64,000 nt of DNA, taken from assembly GCA_009392195.1 (NCBI GenBank), contig VFGY01000021.1, positions 10,855 to 74,854 of the forward strand, in the 5' to 3' direction. Position 1 is the first letter of the stretch. Each line of letters opens with the position of its first letter. The translations under genes were made by a program, and so were the position numbers. The notes below the pieces were generated by a model, which was not told where the DNA came from, made no database searches, and was given only the letters and a program-made list of their open reading frames with translations. This DNA is from SAR202 cluster bacterium (GTDB lineage Bacteria; Chloroflexota; Dehalococcoidia; Lucifugimonadales; OSU-TB39). Below are positions 1 to 9,752 of the stretch, one piece after another.

Positions 1-300
1 ACAAAAGATGGGCGAGTTGTTGGAATTTCAAGTGCTAAATTGATAAATAAAGAGACTGGGCAAATTGATGGTTTCGCACATGCCAAATTCCAAAATACTT
101 GGAATGAATTAATCGATGCCGCAATTAAATGGATGTCCGCTAAGGGTGTTAAAAAAGTATCTGCAATAATATCTGTAGAAGATGAAGAAAAGCAAGCAAA
201 ATTCTCTCAAATTGGATTCAAATGTTCCGGTAAAAAGGGTAAATTTGAGTATGCTTGTAGAGAAGTGGACTCTCTAGAATTTGTTATGGGTATCTGTTAG
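1..300 (+). CDS. C-terminal part of a GNAT-like acetyltransferase-domain protein (5'-truncated by window edge)
   Basis: Frame 1 is open from base 1 (TKDGRVVGISS...) to TAG at 298-300. The pattern 'DGRVVG..', 'LIDAAIKWMSAKGVKKVSA' and 'FSQIGF' resembles GNAT motifs A/B. Confidence 0.5.
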   Translation, partial: TKDGRVVGISSAKLINKETGQIDGFAHAKFQNTWNELIDAAIKWMSAKGVKKVSAIISVEDEEKQAKFSQIGFKCSGKKGKFEYACREVDSLEFVMGIC

Positions 301-309
301 TTATAAAGA

Positions 310-1254
310 TTAACTTATAAGATTTGGTACTCCAGTTTCCTGAAGCATTTTCAAAGTCATTTCTCTAAAATCTTCTCTCACATCTCTTGTTGGTGGTCTA
401 TTTCTACTGGAGCCCAATCCTACTAGTTCCATGCAAAGTTTGTCTAAATAACCATCTCCTGATGTATATTTACGCATTTCTGCCCATACTTTATAGAATG
501 GTACAACCACTTTCATAACCTGCTGTTGAGCCTCAACATATGATCCACTTTCAAGTAAGTCCCAAAAATACACAGCCCATTTCGGCCAGTAATTTGCAGT
601 ATGTATCTCTATACCTCGTGCTCCTAGCATATGTGTTGTAACGTAATGTCCCATATTATCAATTACAGATACCGTATCGCCGAAATTAGCCACTACACTT
701 TCCATTCCATAAAATACTCCAGATGGAACTGACCATTTTAGCCCAGCTACATTAGGTAACTTCACTAATTTCTCTATCATACCCATTGAAACATCCGGTG
801 TTGTCCAGTAAGTGTTATAAATAATTAATCCAACGCTAGTTGCCTCAGAAGCAGCTAAAATGAATTCATAAAAATCGTCCTCCGTATGATCAAAATAAAA
901 AGGAGGGGAAACTTGTATGTATTGAGCTCCAACTTCTTCTGCCATTTTTGCCAATTTTATGAGCTCTCGAGTATTTGTGGTTTGTGCTCCAACAGTCACA
1001 GGCACTTTACCGTTTGCTGCATCTACAACTGCTAATGCTACTTCTCGGCGCTCTTCAAAAGAGAGTGTCGAAAAGTCTCCTGCGGCTCCAGCAGCGAGTA
1101 TTATGCCATTACCTTTTTTTACCCCTTGGTCTAGTAAGAACCTGACATGATTTTGTATTGCATGTGTATCAACATCCAAATTTTTGTCAGAAAACATGGT
1201 AGGTATTGTAATATAGCAACCCTTTAAATTTTCTCTTAAAAGTTCTTGAGACAT
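310..1254 (-). CDS. DHDPS/N-acetylneuraminate lyase family (class I aldolase) protein, not canonical DapA
   Basis: 314 aa; IPTMF, GAAGDF..LSFEER (in place of GTTGE), PPFYF, IIYN, and Schiff-base Lys in VAGLKWS. Confidence 0.85.
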   Translation of the reverse strand: MSQELLRENLKGCYITIPTMFSDKNLDVDTHAIQNHVRFLLDQGVKKGNGIILAAGAAGDFSTLSFEERREVALAVVDAANGKVPVTVGAQTTNTRELIKLAKMAEEVGAQYIQVSPPFYFDHTEDDFYEFILAASEATSVGLIIYNTYWTTPDVSMGMIEKLVKLPNVAGLKWSVPSGVFYGMESVVANFGDTVSVIDNMGHYVTTHMLGARGIEIHTANYWPKWAVYFWDLLESGSYVEAQQQVMKVVVPFYKVWAEMRKYTSGDGYLDKLCMELVGLGSSRNRPPTRDVREDFREMTLKMLQETGVPNLIS

Positions 1255-1298
1255 ATTTACACTCCAATATTTTTAATTTGATTGAAAGGTTATTAATA

Positions 1299-2450
1299 TC
1301 ATAAATCTTGGTTAAGTATTATACCGTCTTTAATTGTGAATATAGAATCATAATATTCTGAATGTTTAACATTACCGCTAACATCTATGAGTGGTTTTGT
1401 GTTAGTACTCCATTTAAGAACCGTTAAATCGGCTAATTTCCCTGATTCAATTACTCCATATTCATTATTTGAGTCTAATATTTGTGCAGGGACGAAAGTG
1501 GATCTATATAGGGTATCGATATTTGGCATTCCTGACGCGATTAATTTTGATATTAATGTAGGCATACTATGGTCTAAATTATTTGATATATGACGTTTGT
1601 AAAAGTCAGTAGAGATTGTATCTGGATAAAATCCTTCACGTATACATGTTTCAGCTACTTTAAAATTGAATGAACTCATGCCGTGCCCAATATCAAATAA
1701 AACTCCTTTTCCCCTTGCATCTAAAACACAAGGTTCAATACGGTTGTGATTCAAAATACCTCCTTTTCCTGGGTAGAAACAATAAGTTATGACATCACCG
1801 GGCCGTAGTAATTCAATTTGATTTTCGATAGGCCAGTCAAAAGGTTCCCGTCGTATACCGTATAAGATTGGTTTTTTTGTTTCATTAGCGACTTTAAGAA
1901 CTTTATCCATAATCACTTTTGGGTTATTTGCGTTGCAAGAACCTAGGGCTGCGTTAAAAGAAATCCCCCATATTAAATCCGAGTCTTCATTTATAAGGTT
2001 TATACTTCGGCTAACGTCAATTTCATCACTGTTGGTGTAGTTTATGGTTTCAAGTTCATCTCCATAATTAGATATGCTTATTGCCATCAGAACTCGAGTT
2101 TTGCTTTTAGCAATAATATTTTTCTTGTAATAGTCCCAGTTATTAATTCCAGCGTCACCTTGTGACAATACTGTTGTAGTACCATTGGTTAATGTCCATT
2201 TGTCGGGTTCCACTGCATATTTCCAAGAACTTGGCCCTGGATGAAAATGTAAATCAACCAATCCTGGAATTAGTAAATCATTTGGGAACGAAAATGTTTC
2301 AGTTGGATTAAAGTTTAAATCCTTTCCGACTCCAATGATTCTATTTCCTGTAATAGCTATTTCTTGTGGGCCAATAATGTTACCGGCTCTAGTTAGCAGT
2401 TGGCCAACTTTTATCAAGATTTCGCATTTTTTTGTGTTATGTGTGTCCAT
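1299..2450 (-). CDS. Amidohydrolase/deacetylase-family metallohydrolase (dihydroorotase-like)
   Basis: 383 aa; PGLVDLHFH, LRPGDVITYCF, FDIGHGMSSFNF, PDTISTD, G.LADLTVL. Confidence 0.85.
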   Translation of the reverse strand: MDTHNTKKCEILIKVGQLLTRAGNIIGPQEIAITGNRIIGVGKDLNFNPTETFSFPNDLLIPGLVDLHFHPGPSSWKYAVEPDKWTLTNGTTTVLSQGDAGINNWDYYKKNIIAKSKTRVLMAISISNYGDELETINYTNSDEIDVSRSINLINEDSDLIWGISFNAALGSCNANNPKVIMDKVLKVANETKKPILYGIRREPFDWPIENQIELLRPGDVITYCFYPGKGGILNHNRIEPCVLDARGKGVLFDIGHGMSSFNFKVAETCIREGFYPDTISTDFYKRHISNNLDHSMPTLISKLIASGMPNIDTLYRSTFVPAQILDSNNEYGVIESGKLADLTVLKWSTNTKPLIDVSGNVKHSEYYDSIFTIKDGIILNQDL

Positions 2451-2597
2451 TTCAATTTACTTTAAATTGATTGCAATTTATGATTTTTGGATAAGATTTC
2501 AATTAATAATAAATATCAATATAATGATTGCAGAATGGAATTCTACATAAATCTATCAATAAAGAGCAAATATTAAATTTAAATCTAAGGCCCAATT

Positions 2598-3377
2598 ATG
2601 GTTTATCAGGAAAAAGAGGTAACACTCGTTATATATACAGAAAACTCGGAGGGTGTTTCAAATGAAATAGCAGATTTAGACCAAATTGCGGAATATCCAT
2701 TGAAGAACCCATATATTCACCATATTGTTGATGTGTCCTTTGATACTGCTGAAAATCATCTGTTTAATAATCGTAGTTCATTAAGAATAAGAACAATAAA
2801 CGGAAGGTGTTTATTTACTTTGAAATCAAGTCCGGTATTTCAAAGTACAGGTGCTGTAAAACGAGATGAATTGGAACTAGATTGGCACCCAAATTCATTT
2901 GGTTTTTTAATTGATGCTTTAATTCAAATGGGTATTGAATTACCAAATGATTATAAATTTGACTTTGATTGGTGTAAAAGTATGTCTACATTGGGAATGA
3001 ACGTTTTGCAGGAAAGGCAAACTAAAAGGCGAACTAAAGACATTTTTTGTGAACATGTCTTAATTGCTGAATTAGCTGTAGATGAAGTTAAATACAAATA
3101 TCAAAAAGGAGATGTTTTGCATCGGGAAATTGAAATAGAATCAAAAGCAAATAAAGGTGATAAAGCTTTACCAATTGTTGCTGAATATTTAGTGCAAAAA
3201 TACCCTGATGCTTTGTCAGTATGGATGCCAAGTAAGCTTGAACTTGGATTAGGTTTAAAAGATTTGATTGAATCGGGTAATGAAGAGATTATTCGAAATA
3301 ATAAGATCAGTGCAAAGATTTATTCAATGTTAAACGATGTTTGGGAAGAAAAATCTGGGTTTATAAAAAATCAATAA
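2598..3377 (+). CDS. CYTH-domain (triphosphate tunnel metalloenzyme) protein
   Basis: N-terminal EKEVTL (ExExK-like), DVSFDT, LRIR, FTLK, RDELE, ELAVDEV, EIEIE and SKLELG motifs. Confidence 0.8.
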   Translation: MVYQEKEVTLVIYTENSEGVSNEIADLDQIAEYPLKNPYIHHIVDVSFDTAENHLFNNRSSLRIRTINGRCLFTLKSSPVFQSTGAVKRDELELDWHPNSFGFLIDALIQMGIELPNDYKFDFDWCKSMSTLGMNVLQERQTKRRTKDIFCEHVLIAELAVDEVKYKYQKGDVLHREIEIESKANKGDKALPIVAEYLVQKYPDALSVWMPSKLELGLGLKDLIESGNEEIIRNNKISAKIYSMLNDVWEEKSGFIKNQ

Positions 3378-3392
3378 TGAATCGAATATATT

Positions 3393-4970
3393 TTAATCTA
3401 TAGGTTCGAAGAAAGTTAAATCCGCCCCGAAATTTTGCATTGCCATTACTTCATCACCTCTTAATTTAACCTCTATGTTTCTAGTTTTGTGCTTTAAGTT
3501 TAGTGTTTGTACTCTTAAAGGAGTTGAAAGAGATATGACTTTGCCTGGAGTTACTGCTGGAAACATACAATATCCATTTGTCCATATAGGATCAGTGTTT
3601 GCTGGGTTGGATATTTTGATGTTATTTCTACTTACCCATTTAGGTATTCTTAACGATAAAGGCATCGTTGATTTGGGTAAAATATCTATCTGGTTTGATG
3701 GGTATGGTGATGTGATTTTCACGTGTTCATTATCTTGATTGAACAAAAGATTAATTGATATTGTGTTATTTTTTAACGAAGATAGAGAGCGGTATGCTTC
3801 GCATAAAGATGCTACGGTTCCTCCAACAACATCCAAATTAAATCGTATTCTTTTATTTTCAAGTGGTTCATGACCAAATGGTGCAGGGAATCCCCATGCT
3901 CCTTGTAATCTAGGACCAACATTTATTTTCCCATCAGATTTATTCGGATTTGCTGGATCTTTTATAAATGAAATATCACGTAATTGAGATGGAAGTATAT
4001 GGCATCTCAGAATGCGTTCTGCATCACCGTAGTATTCTGTATAGCCCCAATCACCTAAAATTAAAGCTGTTTCAACAATATCCCCAGTATTATTCATTTC
4101 TCCTTCGTCTGGATTTGGACCTTCCCCGCAATTTTCTACACTCCATCCTAGTTCATCTCTCATCGACCATAAGCCGTTATCATAAAATGCCTTCACTCTA
4201 TTCATTAAAGTGGAATCTTTCGTTAATTCAGCTAATTGAGCTAAAGAAGACATTACACAAGTTATTGAATGCGTGTGGGTGCCAAATCTATCTATATCAA
4301 ATGATCCTTGTTCGTCAAAAACCTCTTCCAACAACTTTTCTTTGAGGACCAGGGCTAATCCTAAAGCGTTAACTGATTTGGTTGTTTTGTAATATTTTAC
4401 TAGAGGTCCTATCGCTCTTGCCAAACCACTAACGAAAACTTTTGACTTTTCGCACTTTATTCCATATTTATTTTCGATTCTTTCATAATCCCAATCAGTT
4501 ATTGGATTCCAGTGGTCTGTGATATCCTTTATACTTTTCTCTGCTATTTGTTCAGCCTGATTCGAATTCCTATATTTTATTAAGGAATAAAGGGCATGAA
4601 ATCCTTCTCTTATGTGGTGTGGATTAAATACACTAGGCGTTTTGGTTTGGGTACTAGTGATGAAAGGGCCTCTATCCATTGGGAAAGCAAGTGCACCACT
4701 ATAAGACAAAAAAGCAGCTCTGGTATGATTGTCAACTGCTTCCTCGCTTATTTCAATTCCAGTTGAATCTTCCACATTAAGTAAGGCATTAAGATGCCTT
4801 CCGGGCATATGACTTTCTAAACTTATTCCCAAAAATGCACTTGGCTTAATAATTGCGCGAAAATAGGGTATGTTTTCATCATCGGCATTAAAGCAGCTAG
4901 ACATAGCATCACATCCCATCGAAATTGCTGACAAGATATCTTTCGTGTTTATGTCATTTAATTTAGCCAA
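3393..4970 (-). CDS. Six-hairpin glycosidase-like protein (GH127/beta-L-arabinofuranosidase-like architecture)
   Basis: 525 aa, TTG start. Helical barrel region with GTHTHS, GWSVE, GEMNNTGD, YYGDAERILRCHILPSQ, then a GH127-type beta domain 'ISINLLF..SPYP...LSLRIPKWV'. Confidence 0.55.
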   Translation of the reverse strand: MAKLNDINTKDILSAISMGCDAMSSCFNADDENIPYFRAIIKPSAFLGISLESHMPGRHLNALLNVEDSTGIEISEEAVDNHTRAAFLSYSGALAFPMDRGPFITSTQTKTPSVFNPHHIREGFHALYSLIKYRNSNQAEQIAEKSIKDITDHWNPITDWDYERIENKYGIKCEKSKVFVSGLARAIGPLVKYYKTTKSVNALGLALVLKEKLLEEVFDEQGSFDIDRFGTHTHSITCVMSSLAQLAELTKDSTLMNRVKAFYDNGLWSMRDELGWSVENCGEGPNPDEGEMNNTGDIVETALILGDWGYTEYYGDAERILRCHILPSQLRDISFIKDPANPNKSDGKINVGPRLQGAWGFPAPFGHEPLENKRIRFNLDVVGGTVASLCEAYRSLSSLKNNTISINLLFNQDNEHVKITSPYPSNQIDILPKSTMPLSLRIPKWVSRNNIKISNPANTDPIWTNGYCMFPAVTPGKVISLSTPLRVQTLNLKHKTRNIEVKLRGDEVMAMQNFGADLTFFEPID

Positions 4971-5066
4971 TCGTATATCCTAGCGTTAAACTTAGTTCTG
5001 TATTTTTCAAAACGATGTTCCAACAATGCAGGAATTGAAGTTACAGTCGTATTTTTTAGAAGTTAT

Positions 5067-6017
5067 TTAGTTTGATTTGGTGAACGATTCCAAGTCATTT
5101 TTGTATTGTTTGGCTTGGGCAACAATATCAACGCCTACCTGTTCACTAAATGCATCAGTTATTGATTTGACTACTGGACCAACTTTACCATCTCCAACAG
5201 GTTGGAAATTGAATCGTGTTACTGGTACAGCGAATACAGTGGTACTGGTTATGAAAGCTTCGTCTGCCGCGTTGACATCATAGGTTTCGAGGTTGATTTC
5301 ATGGCATGGAATTCCAAGCTCTTTTGCTATATCTATAACTGCTCCTCGAGATACTCCTCTCAGGATGTTTCTTCCTTCTGGCGTGTATAATTCACCATTT
5401 TTCACAATGAAAAAATTGTTTCCAGTTCCTTCTGTTATAAAACCATCTTCATCTGTAAGAAGGGCATATGCTCCAGGCTCAAGTCGTTCAGCTTGCAAAT
5501 TCGCAATTTGATAGAACATTCTACTTCTATTTTTAATTTTTGGATCTAGTATACGAGCTGGTACGGACTGCTGAGGCACTATGACTGAATGTATTCCTTT
5601 GTCATATTTGTCTGCACTTCCTGCCATATGAGTTATTAGAGGCCAAGTATTGATTGTTACAGTTGGCTCTAATCCATGCTCAAATACTGATTCGTAAATA
5701 GGGAGTGGGCCACGAGAAACATTGTGCATTATTTGGATATCCATCCCTTCAGGGAAACAATCTTTATTATGCTCTAAGAGGTCATATGTAGCTTTTTCCA
5801 TATCATCAACCGTCAATCCACAATCGATTTCAGCTATTTTCAAACCCGCATATAGTCTTTCTAAATGATGGCGAAGCCTAAAAGGTTTGTGTTTATAAGT
5901 TCTGGTCATTTCAAAACACATATCTCCATACATAAGAGCTGAGTCAAATATAGATACTCTGGCTTCTGATTCTTCTACATATCTGCCGTTAAAATAGACT
6001 TTTCTTGTCTGTGCCAT
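5067..6017 (-). CDS. PLP fold-type IV aminotransferase (IlvE/D-amino acid aminotransferase family)
   Basis: VYFNG..V, YGDMCFEMTRTY, FRL..HLERL, catalytic Lys in PKIKNRSR, EGTGNNFFIVKNG, ILRGVSR, ADEAFITST. Confidence 0.9.
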   Translation of the reverse strand: MAQTRKVYFNGRYVEESEARVSIFDSALMYGDMCFEMTRTYKHKPFRLRHHLERLYAGLKIAEIDCGLTVDDMEKATYDLLEHNKDCFPEGMDIQIMHNVSRGPLPIYESVFEHGLEPTVTINTWPLITHMAGSADKYDKGIHSVIVPQQSVPARILDPKIKNRSRMFYQIANLQAERLEPGAYALLTDEDGFITEGTGNNFFIVKNGELYTPEGRNILRGVSRGAVIDIAKELGIPCHEINLETYDVNAADEAFITSTTVFAVPVTRFNFQPVGDGKVGPVVKSITDAFSEQVGVDIVAQAKQYKNDLESFTKSN

Positions 6018-6056
6018 TTATATACTCCGTAAATATTAGGTTTATTTTTAATTGGT

Positions 6057-6389
6057 TTAAATATTCCAACTTTGTTCGATGGTTTGTAATGTGTACGATA
6101 ACTCTTCGGACGCATTTATAACTTCTTCAAAGACTTCATCGTGAATTGGTCTTGCAACCCAAGCTAATCTTTGTTCTTCGGATTGCCAAAATGATATTAC
6201 TTCGTAAACATGATTCGGTGATACCGCTTCAAGCTTTTGAAGTTCTTCATCTGAATACGGTGTAACAGTTGCAGCGGATATAAAGCCGTCTTGTACCTGC
6301 ATAGCGTCTATCCAACGGTCTTTAATCGCTGATTCAAGAGTTTTTTCCATTCCTGATTTTGGTTTCAAATATACGTGCAAACTTATCAT
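6057..6389 (-). CDS. Antibiotic biosynthesis monooxygenase (ABM, dimeric alpha-beta barrel) domain protein
   Basis: 110 aa; 'KPKSG.E', 'QDGFISA', 'VISFWQSEEQRLAWVARPIH' pattern; GGAGG RBS. Confidence 0.7.
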   Translation of the reverse strand: MISLHVYLKPKSGMEKTLESAIKDRWIDAMQVQDGFISAATVTPYSDEELQKLEAVSPNHVYEVISFWQSEEQRLAWVARPIHDEVFEEVINASEELSYTLQTIEQSWNI

Positions 6390-6457
6390 TTATCCTCCAA
6401 GAAATCGTTTTTATATCTATAGAATCAAATATTTACGAGATTGATTTTGCAGATTCG

Positions 6458-7324
6458 TCACCGTAATGACTCATCCAATATTTCTTTTAATCTTGCTGAT
6501 TCGACTTTCAAGTCCCAGCCTTTTTCTAGTACTTCAGGTGATGATACAAATTCAACAGATACTACCCCATCAAAGTTATCTGTTTTTAATTTATTAATAA
6601 CTCTTTTAAAATCTATTACGCCTTCATCTGGTCTTGCCTGAAATTCTCCAGGTGCTGATTGCTTGCATTGAACGTGTCTTGCGTATTGGTGCATTGGTTC
6701 AATTTCCTCGTGACTTAATTCGAGTTGTACTTGATGCGCATAATCAAGGGTTATTCCTAATCCAGGCACGTCATTTATCAATTTAGCACAGTCATCTGGA
6801 TGGTGAGCAATCGAAAAAATGCATGGTTCTACGTTACAATGCATACCATTACTTTCTGCGATATCTACCATGGTGGATAGCTCTTGTACAGATAAGTCCC
6901 AAGCTTCTTGTTTTGACTGCCCAAGGTCTTCAACAAGCGGATTGTCCGCGTCGTGTACGTCACCTGGAAGCATCATCATGCTTTCAAAACCAGCGACTTT
7001 AGCTATGGCTGCCATTTTTGTAAAGGTTTCTCTAGTCTTTGCTCGTATAGTTTGGTCTGGATGATTCACTGAATGACCGAAGTTGCATATAAAAAATTCA
7101 GAAATTTGAAGACCATTTGATTCAGTGATTTTCCTGATACGATCACCTTCGCCTTGGGAATCATCTATGTTTTTAACCACCTGCTGTGGCACCCATTCCG
7201 CAAAACTACTCCACCCACATCCTCCTATGTCAGCATATGAAAACCCCATGTCACTCAAAATTTTTGATGACTCTTCTAAGCTTAAATTTCCAAAAGCAAA
7301 TGTCGAACCTGCAAGCTTAATCAT
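6458..7324 (-). CDS. Sugar-phosphate isomerase/epimerase (xylose isomerase-like TIM barrel)
   Basis: NVEP, LDYAH, HVQCKQ, GVIDF, FDGVVSVEFV metal-ligand pattern. Confidence 0.85.
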   Translation of the reverse strand: MIKLAGSTFAFGNLSLEESSKILSDMGFSYADIGGCGWSSFAEWVPQQVVKNIDDSQGEGDRIRKITESNGLQISEFFICNFGHSVNHPDQTIRAKTRETFTKMAAIAKVAGFESMMMLPGDVHDADNPLVEDLGQSKQEAWDLSVQELSTMVDIAESNGMHCNVEPCIFSIAHHPDDCAKLINDVPGLGITLDYAHQVQLELSHEEIEPMHQYARHVQCKQSAPGEFQARPDEGVIDFKRVINKLKTDNFDGVVSVEFVSSPEVLEKGWDLKVESARLKEILDESLR

Positions 7325-7707
7325 CGCTATACCTCTCTAGTTACTGTATTTATGTATATTATTTAGCAATTAAATTTTATCCGATTTTAATAGAGTGCGA
7401 CTTTAGTGTCAAAGATTCGTTGTACTTAAATAAGTGATTTATTCGAATTGAAAGGAATCTTAATTGAGTTGCATTCGGATAGTTTTAATTTAGTAAATGA
7501 GTTTTTCTTTCCGAAACAAATTATTGTACCTAAAGATAAGTGCTAAACTTATCAACTAGAATTTTGAGCTTGCATGATTTTTGACATAGTATATTATTTA
7601 GCTAGTAGGTATAATTGAGCACGTGAAAACTGTCTATATTTTAGACTTAAGTTTTTAATCGGATTTCATGTAGTTTTGTATAATAAAGAGTATTTGGGAG
7701 TTGGCAA

Positions 7708-8070
7708 ATGAGGTATTTTAGCGGATATTTTGTACTTTCTCTTTTAGTTATTTTATTGTTAGGGTGCGGTTCAGTAGAACAGAAAAGTGTTTACGGTGAA
7801 GATGTTACTGTAACTAAAAAGCAATATGGTGGATTTTGGCCTTTTAAAGAAGGAGTTGATGAAGGTGTGTTGAAATGTATTAACTCGACTGGGCGTCGTG
7901 ATGGTGAAGCGATTTTCGAACATAATGGAGTTCAATACGCAATGAACGAAGAAGCTATTGCAGCAGGTAAAACTCCGTTAGAAGACATACAAGAAGAAAA
8001 CCCGGATTTTCCAGGTGTTAAGAAAAGCGCAAAAAAATTGTATGAAATTGCAATTGATCAATGCTTTTAA
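7708..8070 (+). CDS. Lipoprotein, YebY/DUF2511-like
   Basis: Signal peptide with lipobox LLGC; 'VTKKQYG..WPF...EGVLKC' and 'YAMN' match YebY-type pattern; terminal Cys; GGGAG RBS. Confidence 0.65.
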   Translation: MRYFSGYFVLSLLVILLLGCGSVEQKSVYGEDVTVTKKQYGGFWPFKEGVDEGVLKCINSTGRRDGEAIFEHNGVQYAMNEEAIAAGKTPLEDIQEENPDFPGVKKSAKKLYEIAIDQCF

Positions 8071-8159
8071 ATAGACTTGGAAGTATATGATTCCTAAAAA
8101 TGATGGTTTGGTTTGCGAAATATTATCGCTTTATACCCGATTTGTAGGAGTTTCACATA

Positions 8160-9008
8160 ATGCGTGCAGTTGATACACATGTGCATGTTCCGCGGAAAGA
8201 AGGGCTAAACGAATATACTATCGAAGATGGTCTCCGTCGTTTTTTTAAAATCAAAAACAAACCTTTCAGTATTGAAGAAATGGCTAACATGTATCGTGAA
8301 TGGGATATGATAGGTGTCGTTTTTTCTGTAGATACAAAAACCAATATGGGTGATTTACCCGATACAAACGATTATGTGTCAGAAATAATTTCTACCTATC
8401 CTGAACAATTTGTTGGCTTTGCCACAATTGATCCTTGGGCAGGAAACTTAGCTATAGATGAATTAGAAAGAGCTGTGACAGAATTGGGTCTATGTGGATT
8501 AAAATTGCATCCTGTTCACCAAGGGTTTCCTCCCAACGATGAAAGATTTTATGGGATATATGAAAAATGTTGCAAGCTGAATGTTCCTATAATATTCCAT
8601 ACTGGATTTGCAGCTGCGGGTGCAGGAGAGCCTGGTGGTGCTGGTTTGAAATTAAAATATAGTGCTCCTATACCTCATATAGATGATATAGCAGCTGACT
8701 TCCCGGACCTCAATATAATAATGGCACATCCTGCATGGCCATGGGTAGATGAACAGATAGCTGTAGCATTACATAAAAGTAATGTTTACATAGATTTATC
8801 TGGGTGGTCGCCAAAATACATTCCTTCTCAACTAATAAGAGAAGTTAACAGTAGACTGCAAGATAAAGTAATGTTTGGTTCTGATTTTCCATACCTTAAA
8901 CCAGATAGATGGTTAAATGAATTCGATCAGTTGGAGTTAAAACCAGAAGTTTATAGAAAAGTCATATTTGAAAACGCTAGGAAGGTTATCAAAGGTTTGC
9001 CGGATTGA
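8160..9008 (+). CDS. Amidohydrolase-2 family protein, CouO-like (4-hydroxyphenyl-beta-ketoacyl-CoA hydrolase-like)
   Basis: DTHVH, GLKLHP..QGF.PND, FHTG..GAG.PGG.GLKLKYS.P, AHPAWPW, DLSGWSPKY, FGSDFP. Confidence 0.8.
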   Translation: MRAVDTHVHVPRKEGLNEYTIEDGLRRFFKIKNKPFSIEEMANMYREWDMIGVVFSVDTKTNMGDLPDTNDYVSEIISTYPEQFVGFATIDPWAGNLAIDELERAVTELGLCGLKLHPVHQGFPPNDERFYGIYEKCCKLNVPIIFHTGFAAAGAGEPGGAGLKLKYSAPIPHIDDIAADFPDLNIIMAHPAWPWVDEQIAVALHKSNVYIDLSGWSPKYIPSQLIREVNSRLQDKVMFGSDFPYLKPDRWLNEFDQLELKPEVYRKVIFENARKVIKGLPD

Positions 9009-9047
9009 TATAAAACGGCGTTATTTAGTTGCTTAATAGCAAGTTGT

Positions 9048-9752
9048 CTATTGAATGAATTTACCTTTATTGAGATTTGGTAAGAAAATCAAAATCAGAC
9101 ATTCTATTAAAATGAGTAATCCTATAAGCAAAGTTGCTTCAAGGAAAAAGTTTTGTGGGAACATCATTATCAAGTAATCTTTGGCAGGGTCTAATATCCA
9201 AAGGTCGTTTGCAAAACTGATTTGGTGGAAAATCAAAAACAGTTGCTGAAATGCCAATAATGATAAAACGCTTAAAATAATGGCCGTTATCAATATGTAT
9301 TTGGCAGATGAAGACAACAATTTCACTAACGTGGATATGAATTGATGTGGTTTTAGCACAATTCCCCATATGATTACAATAACCATCAGTGTCAAAGTAA
9401 TTGTTGCTAAGGCATACACTCCATTGATAAGAGATTTCACATCTTTCATATGTGAAATCTCTTTTTCCGAATATATCGACCTTAAAACACCGTTTTGATA
9501 AACATGTAAGTCTAGATATTGCTCTTCATTAGCGAAATATTCGCGAATATGTTTGCCGGCTCTTATGAGTTCATCATGGGGTATTTGCGTAATTTCAGCT
9601 ATGTTGTTTTTTTGAAATTCAAATGAATAGAATATAGGAGTATTAATTACAAATGTTGCACTAGTTGAAATTAGAAGAATTGCTAATAGGAATCCAAAAA
9701 GGATTTTTAGCAAGATTTGTGAAAATTTGAGCGATTTGAAAATTAATATCAT
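9048..9752 (-). CDS. Integral membrane protein, TIGR01906/DUF1461 family
   Basis: E..HM.DVK.L and F..FH.ISF.ND.W.LDP..D.LI.MFP..FF motifs; ATG at 9752 with AGGA RBS preferred over GTG at 9818. Confidence 0.8.
   Translation of the reverse strand: MILIFKSLKFSQILLKILFGFLLAILLISTSATFVINTPIFYSFEFQKNNIAEITQIPHDELIRAGKHIREYFANEEQYLDLHVYQNGVLRSIYSEKEISHMKDVKSLINGVYALATITLTLMVIVIIWGIVLKPHQFISTLVKLLSSSAKYILITAIILSVLSLLAFQQLFLIFHQISFANDLWILDPAKDYLIMMFPQNFFLEATLLIGLLILIECLILIFLPNLNKGKFIQ

Noticed and set aside
310-1254. Calling either DHDPS-like gene (also 49762-50757) dapA
   Set aside because: Both lack the GTTGE motif and the YNVPxRT Arg of true DapA.
7325-7707. 380-bp intergenic region as ncRNA, small gene or CRISPR
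   Set aside because: No repeats, strong stems or RBS-led ORF; TTGACA (7581) and TATAAT (7610) are 23 bp apart, so no promoter was called.
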